64,000 nt of DNA from an uncultured Verrucomicrobiae bacterium (lineage in GTDB: Bacteria; Verrucomicrobiota; Verrucomicrobiia; Limisphaerales; UBA1096). Each line of letters starts with the position of its first letter. Positions within the stretch are counted from its first letter, which is position 1. Where the stretch lies: contig CALJHX010000003.1 in the NCBI GenBank assembly GCA_937770485.1, positions 60,415-124,414 on the forward strand. Direction: 5' to 3'. Positions 57,045 to 64,000 of this stretch are shown piece after piece. The notes beneath the pieces were generated by a model, which did no database searches, was not told the DNA's origin, and saw nothing but the letters and a program-made list of their open reading frames with translations. The translations under genes and the position numbers were made by a program.

Positions 57045-57076
57045 GAGGCCGGGCTTTATGCCCGGCTTCTTTTTTT
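57045..57076 (+). terminator. Rho-independent terminator, homologous to the one at 46324
   Basis: GAGGCCGGGC-TTTAT-GCCCGGCTTC (10-bp stem with one G-U pair) followed by T7. Confidence 0.8.
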
Positions 57077-57197
57077 GTTTAGAGTGCTTTGGTAGAGCGA
57101 AGTGTCGACACCGGACTAGGAGATTCAATTTTCCCCTTCGGCTGCGATGGAAACTTCCGACCAAAAGCCTTTACCCGCTATCCAAGCATCTTAACTT

Positions 57198-57953
57198 TTG
57201 CCTGTTAGGTTTATCCTGATATTTGCATTGGCCATACGTTTGGAAAAGACGCTGGGTGCTGAGAAGTCCAGCGTGTTTAATATCGGCCTGAATGACTGGG
57301 GCTGTGAAGATGCGAGATTACGAAGTACCAATTTTTTCGAGACGCCCAATATCGACCGGTTGGCCGGCAGGGGATTCGGTTTAGCCAAGCCTTCGTCGGA
57401 GCGGCGATCTGCTCGCCGCCGCGTGCAGCTATCCTAACCGGAAAAATCACCCGCGCGCCTTTACATGATAATTTGGTACGAGGGTGCCGTGAGTGACGGG
57501 AAAGACAACAGGCGACTGCTGGAGGCCAAGGCCTAGCCCAATCTTCCGCGCAAGAGGTGACGCTGACTGTGACATTCAAGTACCGCGGTTATTCCACCGC
57601 GCATATCGGCAGATGGCACCTCGGGGAGTCCTCATTTTTTTCTGAAATCCGGGGATGCAAAGTGAACTTCGTTGATGCCTGCAGGGGCGAGTCGGCGACT
57701 TTCTTTTTGCGTTACGGGGGCCGTAGTCGAGGAGTGACCTTAAACTGCGCTACCTGCCGGTATGGCAGAAGCACCTAGGCGATTATCTCAGCGACCACAC
57801 TCATATTTCATTGGGCAGGAGCGGGTGCAGTGGTTTTTTTATCTTTATTTCTCTACCGTGCACACGCAAATCGAGGGGAGTTTTAAATTTGAGGATGACC
57901 CCGGCAAAACAAATAACCTTTTTTCGGAACAACCCGTTCGGGGAAAGGCTTGA
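57198..57953 (+). pseudogene. Degraded sulfatase pseudogene (frameshifts and large deletions)
   Basis: Sulfatase landmarks are scattered over three frames within about 750 nt: ..ETPNIDRLAGRGF.., AICSPPRAAILTGK (C-x-P-x-R), GYSTAHIGRWHLGE, ..DDPGKTNNLFSEQP. Confidence 0.75.
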
Positions 57954-58053
57954 GAAGGAATATTGACGACTGAGGCGATCTGTTGATGCCAAGGAGTTGG
58001 CTCGAAAATCAAACTGGGTTCTCCCTGGAAGTAACCTGCATCTCTCCAGCTTA

Positions 58054-59700
58054 TTAGTCCGTGATGAGTCGGGCTTTTTCTTGTATCAGGCTGTCCATTT
58101 GTTGCAATTGCGGAACAATGGACTGCACCTCCTCAGGGAACCAGCGGTGGGCGGAGTCGTTGTGGTCGCGGCTGCTGGGCTGAGTCTGGCGGTTGCCGTA
58201 GAGGAATGCCCAGTTTGTTGGTAGCCAGAATTGTCGCCACAACATGTTTTTTTGCAGAATGGTTTGTCGCAATTCTTCGGCGGGAATAGGAATCAATTCG
58301 CCGGTCAGAGAGGCGCGGATAGCAGACGTGGGGTCGGTCAGGCTAAGTTGTGTGGAGATGGTGCGAGCGACGAGCCATTGACCTTTGCGCGATAGCGTGG
58401 CGCCGTCGCGGGTAATCGCTTGGCCAAGCAGGGAGTAAGTCAGATCAACAACTGGCAGTTTTCGCGCCTGGCCAAGGCGGAGAATGGCCGAGGTGTAATG
58501 TTTGAGATTAGCGTTTCGTTTTTTGATATCTAGGCCAAGGCCAAGAGGATCCTCGAACGGCACTGGTGTGATCAAAACCAATCGGCTAGTACGAGAGGAA
58601 AGTTGCTCGAGGATTTGTTCGTAACACTTAGTGAAGTCATCCAACTTTGCAAAGCCCTCGAGTGACTCCGCTTGGCCTAGCCACACAAATACCATGTTTG
58701 CGGCGAGTGGCTTGCGGCGATCTGCCTCTCCGTAGCTTGGCTTGGTAGTGCCAAAAAAATTGCGAGGCCGCTGCTGTTGGTAGACGGTGTCCGCAGGCCA
58801 GGCCATGTTGCGAATGCTCAATCTCTGTTTTGGATGTGCAGCAGTCATCAGCGTCTCGAGATAACCGTGCCCCTGGCTCTCGGCGGCGTTGGTAGAGCCG
58901 ACGATCACAATGTTGGTGTCGCCGGTGATTTGGAATCCGTTACGGAATCCCGGAGACGCCTTGGCCGCCTTGGCCAAGGGCCGTGTCAATACAGGGATTG
59001 AAGGTGTGACCGCCACTGCTTTTTTCGGCAATTCAGCGAGCAGTTGTTTTTCAGTGAAGTCGTCCAGCGCGAGCTTGGGATTGTGGATAAGCTTAACGGG
59101 GCGATAGAGTACCGTCTGCGCCGGGCCGGCATGGAGTTGAAAAGCGATGTCACCGGCCAGCTCGCCTTTGGGATCGTCGATGGCCACGCAGAGTGTGCCG
59201 TTGATGGCGCTCCAAATACGGTGGCCGACGGCGAGGATTTCGTAGCGGTTCCATTCACCTCGCTTCACGGCCTTGTCGGCGCGATTGTTCCAGTCAAGTT
59301 TACCGCGGCCGTGTTCGTGGTAGAGTTTACCCCATACGCCCGCGCCCACATCAGCCTGATAACCAAGCGCTTGCCCGGCGGCATTGGTTTTCTTTGAGCG
59401 AAATTGTATCCCCGCGTTACGGTTGTCCGGTGTGAGCTTCACGTCCACCGATAAATAAAAATCCTTCACCGTCACGTCCGACCAAAGGAATTCATTCTTC
59501 GGCACTTTTTCTGTCGAGTGCCCGACAATCGTTCCGCCCTTCACCGACCAATATTTGGGCTGTGAAGTCGACCAAGCATCTAGGTCATTGCCGGTGAAAA
59601 ATGTGTCATCTACACGCGGCGTTGTGGATTGTCCCGTGGAGGTGGTTGCGAGGGCAAATAGGCAGAGGGTGAGGGTGAATCGTTTTTTCATTTTTGCCAT
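58054..59700 (-). CDS. DUF1080 (ConA-like) domain plus SGNH-like hydrolase-fold protein
   Basis: I prefer the start MAKMKKRFTLTLCLFALA, downstream of the sulfatase stop. ..WSVKGGTIVGHS..EFLWSDV.VKDFYLSVDVKL....NAGIQFRS..GYQADV..WNRYEILAVGHRIW is DUF1080-like. The C-terminal half has a flavodoxin-like SGNH-type pattern. Confidence 0.65.
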   Translation of the reverse strand: MAKMKKRFTLTLCLFALATTSTGQSTTPRVDDTFFTGNDLDAWSTSQPKYWSVKGGTIVGHSTEKVPKNEFLWSDVTVKDFYLSVDVKLTPDNRNAGIQFRSKKTNAAGQALGYQADVGAGVWGKLYHEHGRGKLDWNNRADKAVKRGEWNRYEILAVGHRIWSAINGTLCVAIDDPKGELAGDIAFQLHAGPAQTVLYRPVKLIHNPKLALDDFTEKQLLAELPKKAVAVTPSIPVLTRPLAKAAKASPGFRNGFQITGDTNIVIVGSTNAAESQGHGYLETLMTAAHPKQRLSIRNMAWPADTVYQQQRPRNFFGTTKPSYGEADRRKPLAANMVFVWLGQAESLEGFAKLDDFTKCYEQILEQLSSRTSRLVLITPVPFEDPLGLGLDIKKRNANLKHYTSAILRLGQARKLPVVDLTYSLLGQAITRDGATLSRKGQWLVARTISTQLSLTDPTSAIRASLTGELIPIPAEELRQTILQKNMLWRQFWLPTNWAFLYGNRQTQPSSRDHNDSAHRWFPEEVQSIVPQLQQMDSLIQEKARLITD

Positions 59701-59722
59701 GGTCAAAAACTTGAACCAACAA

Positions 59723-61273
59723 TTATCGTTTCGGAGCGCTGCGACCGTTTTTTTTGAACTCATTCAGCTTCTCTTTTAGTTCCCCAACAATCTCGGGATA
59801 CTTGAAGTAAAGATTGTTGGTTTCGCCCGGATCATTTGCCAGATCATACAATTGGCCGGGGGCATTCGGAGATTTCTCGGGTAATGCGTACTGTTTCATG
59901 CCCCATCTGCCTTCGCGGCCATAGTTGTTGCCGCCGGAGCCTTTGTGATCAAGGTACTTCCATTGGCCGCGCCTGATGGCCATGGCGAGGCTGATAGTTT
60001 GGTGCAAGGTATAGTTACGAATGGGTTTGGTGTCTTTGCCAAGAAGCGCAGATAAAATATTGTAGCTGTCTTCGGCGGCATTATTGGGAATTTTCGCGCC
60101 GGTGATTGCGGCGGCTGTGGCCATGATGTCCGTGAGGCAAATAGTCTGGTCAGATGTGCTGTCGGGTTTGATCTTGCCGGGCCAACGGGCGATAAAAGGA
60201 ACGCGGTGACCGCCTTCCCACTGATCGCGCTTTACGCCACGCCATGGGTGGGCACCGTTGTGGTTGTGATCATGCCGCATGGAAATGGAGGTGGGCACTT
60301 CAGGGCCGTTATCACTCGTGAAGATGACCAGTGTGTTGTCTGCCATACCATGGTTATTAAGCTTCTTCATTAGTTCACCCACTACAAAGTCCATTTCGAA
60401 AATAAAATCACCGTGTGGTCCGGCCTTGGTTTTGCCTTTGAAGGCATCGCCGGGGAATGAGGGCAGATGCACAGCCTGCATGGAGTGAAAGAGGAAGAAC
60501 GGTTTCTTGGGCGATTGCTTGGCGTGGTTATCCAGAAACTTCAGGCTCCGCTCCAGGAAAACCATGTCCACTTCCTCCAGATCAAAGCCCGGCGCAATCA
60601 TGCCCGGGCGATTGTCGTTTGAGTAAGGATGCTTCGGGAGTGGCGTGCGATCGACAATGTGAGTGGGAGGTACAGGTATACGATCTCCATCAACAAAGGC
60701 GTAGAGCCAGTCGGTGGTGGGACAGCACACGGTCCCGAAGAAATAATCGAAGCCTCGGTGGATTGGTGCATCGGGAATGGCCCGGCTGTAATCGATCCGT
60801 TTCACTGCGGGCAGGCCGTTTTGGTTGATGGGTTTGCCCGCCTTGTCAAAGAAGGTCATGCCCACATGCCATTTACCGAACATCGCCGTCGCGTAACCTT
60901 TGCTGCGCAACAAGGAGGGCAGCGTCAGGCGCGTTTTTTCAATCATGCATGGGCCGCCCGCACCGGTGAAAACACCGCGCATCCCCGTACGAAACGCCAT
61001 CCGGCCGGTAAGCAGGCTGTAACGCGTGGGCGTGCAAACCGTCGACGGACTGTGCGCGTCGGTGAACCTCATTCCCTGCTTGGCCAAGAGATCCAAATTC
61101 GGTGTGGGCACTTTGGATTCCGGGTTGTAGCAACCGACGTCGCCGTAACCCAAATCATCGGCCAGAATCACGATGATGTTCGGAGTGCCAGTTCCTTCTC
61201 CTGCGAACGCGAGACTGGCCGTGAAGAGCATCGAGATACTGACGGCCCATGTGGTTAATAGTTTCCTAAACAT
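59723..61273 (-). CDS. Arylsulfatase (formylglycine-dependent)
   Basis: PNIIVILADDLGYGDVGCY, STVCTPTRYSLLTGR, GKWHVG, LYDLANDPGETNNL. Confidence 0.9.
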   Translation of the reverse strand: MFRKLLTTWAVSISMLFTASLAFAGEGTGTPNIIVILADDLGYGDVGCYNPESKVPTPNLDLLAKQGMRFTDAHSPSTVCTPTRYSLLTGRMAFRTGMRGVFTGAGGPCMIEKTRLTLPSLLRSKGYATAMFGKWHVGMTFFDKAGKPINQNGLPAVKRIDYSRAIPDAPIHRGFDYFFGTVCCPTTDWLYAFVDGDRIPVPPTHIVDRTPLPKHPYSNDNRPGMIAPGFDLEEVDMVFLERSLKFLDNHAKQSPKKPFFLFHSMQAVHLPSFPGDAFKGKTKAGPHGDFIFEMDFVVGELMKKLNNHGMADNTLVIFTSDNGPEVPTSISMRHDHNHNGAHPWRGVKRDQWEGGHRVPFIARWPGKIKPDSTSDQTICLTDIMATAAAITGAKIPNNAAEDSYNILSALLGKDTKPIRNYTLHQTISLAMAIRRGQWKYLDHKGSGGNNYGREGRWGMKQYALPEKSPNAPGQLYDLANDPGETNNLYFKYPEIVGELKEKLNEFKKNGRSAPKR

Positions 61274-61274
61274 T

Positions 61275-62462
61275 TTAAGCTCCGATTTTCAAACGGCCCA
61301 AGCGCACGCGGTTCTCGCCGGTCCAAGTGACCCATAAATAACCACCGCTGACGACGGCGCGTGGCATGCCGCTGGAGCGGTTGCTGTCGATGCGTGCGAG
61401 CGTTGTTCGGCGCTCGATTTTTCCGACTGGAGAAACCTGTGCCATTTGCAGCGCGGTTTGCTTTCCTTCGCGGCCAATCCACACAGTGAACACCGCATCC
61501 TTGGTGAAGACGGTGGCGCAGCGTCCGACGGGGCTGTCTTGGTCGAGAATGATTTCTTTTCCGAATTTCATTTTGCCGGTTTTCGATAACCGGAGAATCA
61601 CCTGCGCCTTGTTGTTAGAGACGGTGAAGCGGCTGACGGCGACGAGATCCCCGTGAGAGGCGATACTCGGACCGTTGACTGGGCAGCCGGGAAAGAACCA
61701 ATTGTCCGTGTGAACGGTTGAGGGCTTGCTCCATCCTTTATCATTCCTGTGCGTGAAGCCGATGTCGCGTATTTCCTTGGGCGAGCGATCGCGATAAACG
61801 ACCATCGGGCCGGTGGCCATTTGCGCGGCCGAGGTGGGGCAGCAGGTGCAGACGTCGTCATCGAGAACGCGCTCGTCCTTGATTTTTTCGCCGTCGAGGA
61901 TGGCGGTGCGCAGCATCATCTTGCCGCCCTCTTTCGCCATCGCACGGCCGTCCAGCCAGAAGGCGCGCACCCGTTTGCCTTCAGGGATGAAGGAAACAAA
62001 ACCGTGCTCTGTCGGGCTGGTATCGTTGTGCAGCCAGCCCATCGGGTTCCAGCTTTTGCCGCGGTCAGTCGAGCGCACGATGCGGATGCCGTAGGCGTAG
62101 GTTTCGCCGCTGATGCGATCGAGCCAGTGCGCATAGAGAGCGCCCGACGGTGCCTCGATGACCGACGGAATGTCAGCCCAGTTGGCAAACATCTGCTTGG
62201 ATGTCGCGACCGTGCTCGTTTCGCCAAAGGCGTTGCCGTTCCAACCGGCAACGCGCACGCTCGCCACGCCTTTGCTTTTGCGATCAATCCAACTCAGAGC
62301 AAAGTGATCGCCAAACGAACACAGATTGGGTGCCATTGATCCTTGTGTAGCGGGGATCTTCAGCAGCTCGAAAGGCAACTCATTCGCACGAGGCAGAGTC
62401 GTTGTGTTCAGGGCCAACAGTGTTGCAATCAATCCGAAGGTAAAAGGACTTCTGTCTTTCAT
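61275..62462 (-). CDS. BNR/Asp-box-containing beta-propeller (sialidase-like) protein
   Basis: 395 aa with a signal peptide and one clear Asp-box (STDRGKSW). The repetitive beta-strand pattern is propeller-like. Its stop lies 1 nt from the sulfatase start. Confidence 0.5.
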   Translation of the reverse strand: MKDRSPFTFGLIATLLALNTTTLPRANELPFELLKIPATQGSMAPNLCSFGDHFALSWIDRKSKGVASVRVAGWNGNAFGETSTVATSKQMFANWADIPSVIEAPSGALYAHWLDRISGETYAYGIRIVRSTDRGKSWNPMGWLHNDTSPTEHGFVSFIPEGKRVRAFWLDGRAMAKEGGKMMLRTAILDGEKIKDERVLDDDVCTCCPTSAAQMATGPMVVYRDRSPKEIRDIGFTHRNDKGWSKPSTVHTDNWFFPGCPVNGPSIASHGDLVAVSRFTVSNNKAQVILRLSKTGKMKFGKEIILDQDSPVGRCATVFTKDAVFTVWIGREGKQTALQMAQVSPVGKIERRTTLARIDSNRSSGMPRAVVSGGYLWVTWTGENRVRLGRLKIGA

Positions 62463-62495
62463 TTCTTTTTTATTAGCAAAGTTTTCAGTCAGGCG

Positions 62496-64000
62496 TCACT
62501 TCAGCTCGCCGGTGGTTTTCAGGGTGGACAAATATTTAATGAGGTCGCGCAGTTCAGCGCGTGTGAGGCTGGCGGTAAGGCCCGGCGGCATCACGGTGCC
62601 GTTGCGGGTGCGTTGCTTGATGTTGGCGGTTTGGACGGGGGCGATTTTGCCGGTGGCCAGGTCGCGAACGCGCAGCACGGTTTTGTCTTCGCTGTGGGCG
62701 AAGCCGCTCAGCACGCGGCCGTCTTTCGTGATCACCGTGGTGGCGGCGTAACCTTCCTTGATTTGCCGTGCGGGCCACAGCACGCTTTCCACCAAAAGAT
62801 CCATCGGCAACCCCGCCGCCACTGCCGAGAGGTTCGGGCCTTTCACCGAAGTCACCGCGCCGCGCACGCCGTCCACCGCGTGGCACGCCGTGCAACTGGC
62901 CAGCGGCAGTTGGAAAACCTTTTTGCCATTCACCGCATCACCCTTCGCCAGTGCTTCCTTGGCCAACGCGCCCACAAAGTCCGCACTGTAAACCGGCGCG
63001 ACCGATTGCACGCCGATGAGTTTATTTAAAACTAAGTTTAATTTTTGCTCCACCCGCCCCGCCGCGTTGAGCCAGCGCAGTATCAACTTGGCGGTATCCG
63101 CCGAAACCTCCGCTTGGCCAAGCGCGCCAGCCATCGCATCCGCGCCGGCGTTGCGTTGCAACAACGCGGCCAAGACCGGCCCCAATTCATCCGGCTTCAC
63201 TTGGCCTGACAGCCGCGCCGTCAATTGCGCCGCGCGAGCCACGTCGTGCTTGGCCAAGCTGCCCAAGGCCGCCACGCGCAAATCCGCTGCGCCATTCACC
63301 GTCACCAACGACGCCAGCGTTTCCACCGCCTGCGGGATGTTCAACTGCCCCAACGCCACCGCAGCGGCCACCCGCACGGCGCGCGGTTCCGTTTGGCCGG
63401 TGGCCAAGGCGCGGATGGTCTCCGCATGCGCGTTAAGTTTCCACGCGCCAATTAATTGGACCGCTCCGGCGCGCGTCGCGGTGGTCTTCAATGGCACGTT
63501 GAGTAATTCCGCCGCATTGGCGGGTGCTTGCAAATTGCGTTCGCGGGCGGCGTTCACCAACGCGTGCAGGATGGTTGGATGGATTGAAGCCAACTCCAGC
63601 GCCAGCGCGGCATCGGCGCTGTTGCCGATCTGGGCGAGCAATTCCGCGAGAACAAGTTTGCGCGCGGTGGACAGCGCGGGGTCGGCCAGTTTTTGGCGCA
63701 CCACGCTGGCGACTTCGTTGCCGCCGCCTTCGCGCACGACGCTTAACAGATGCGCCGGTTTGGCAAAATCCAGTTTGCCCGCCAATAACGCGGGCTTCCA
63801 TTCGCTGGCGAGGGCGTGGACGGCGTTTTTGAAGGCGAAGGTGATAAAGCGATCCGCCGAGCCATCGGCGGCTTGCGCGGCGATGGCGATGGATTCCGCC
63901 TCGCGCACATCGCTCGCGGCCACGATGGCTTCCAGCCGCACGCGCGAATGTTCATCGGTCGCGCTGCGGCGCAAAAGTGCAAGCGGGTTTTTCAAACGGT
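62496..64000 (-). CDS. HEAT-repeat / PVC-type heme-binding (CxxCH) domain protein, with the N-terminus outside the window
   Basis: The frame is open to the window edge. Ala/Leu-rich HEAT-like repeats are followed by SCTACHAVDG..GPNLS..LLVESVLWP..TKDGRVLSG..GTVMPPGL...LTRAELRDLIKYL. Confidence 0.8.
   Translation of the reverse strand, partial: RLKNPLALLRRSATDEHSRVRLEAIVAASDVREAESIAIAAQAADGSADRFITFAFKNAVHALASEWKPALLAGKLDFAKPAHLLSVVREGGGNEVASVVRQKLADPALSTARKLVLAELLAQIGNSADAALALELASIHPTILHALVNAARERNLQAPANAAELLNVPLKTTATRAGAVQLIGAWKLNAHAETIRALATGQTEPRAVRVAAAVALGQLNIPQAVETLASLVTVNGAADLRVAALGSLAKHDVARAAQLTARLSGQVKPDELGPVLAALLQRNAGADAMAGALGQAEVSADTAKLILRWLNAAGRVEQKLNLVLNKLIGVQSVAPVYSADFVGALAKEALAKGDAVNGKKVFQLPLASCTACHAVDGVRGAVTSVKGPNLSAVAAGLPMDLLVESVLWPARQIKEGYAATTVITKDGRVLSGFAHSEDKTVLRVRDLATGKIAPVQTANIKQRTRNGTVMPPGLTASLTRAELRDLIKYLSTLKTTGELK

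Noticed and set aside
1-64000. Known defence or toxin systems (R-M, CBASS, retrons, TA pairs, Abi).
   Set aside because: I recognised no nuclease, reverse transcriptase, cyclase, methyltransferase or toxin-antitoxin-like small gene pairs in any frame. Absence is based on motif reading only.

Overview
This window is a gene-dense 64-kb bacterial chromosome segment. It most likely comes from the PVC superphylum, with Verrucomicrobiota the best fit. That inference rests on gene families only: a PSCyt/DUF1549/DUF1553 + DUF1501 pair, three sulfatase loci with the C-x-P-x-R motif, prepilin-type pseudopilin-like proteins, a 'Pirellula/Verrucomicrobium-type' CxxCH heme-binding protein, DUF1080, DUF1573, ASPIC/UnbV and CotH.

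The coding content is mostly secreted glycan and protein degradation and cell-surface functions:
- Peptidases and glycan-active enzymes: S15 and S9 peptidases, BNR sialidase-like propellers, PL10-like and alginate-lyase-like proteins, and sulfatases.
- Three very large beta-sandwich or lectin-type repeat proteins.
- One tRNA-Ser(CGA).

I saw no rRNA, CRISPR array, transposase, integrase or recognisable defence system.

Four things stand out:
1. The palindrome CTTGGCCAAG (core TTGGCCAA) occurs at least 21 times, in all three reading frames and in genes on both strands. About one copy is expected by chance. It is absent from a 15-kb block.
2. A family of ankyrin-repeat lipoprotein cassettes has near-invariant 5' (signal peptide/lipobox) and 3' (..[18 protein letters not shown]) ends joined by ATGA stop/start overlaps. 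Relics of these ends sit directly after at least 8 unrelated ORFs, and cassette 5' ends head two unrelated genes.
3. One 1397-aa protein contains six tandem 657-bp units, two of them identical.
4. Several families of duplicated intergenic elements occur, one copy lying 66 nt from the tRNA.

All calls come from reading the sequence and ORF track by eye. No database search was run, and identities and counts are manual estimates.
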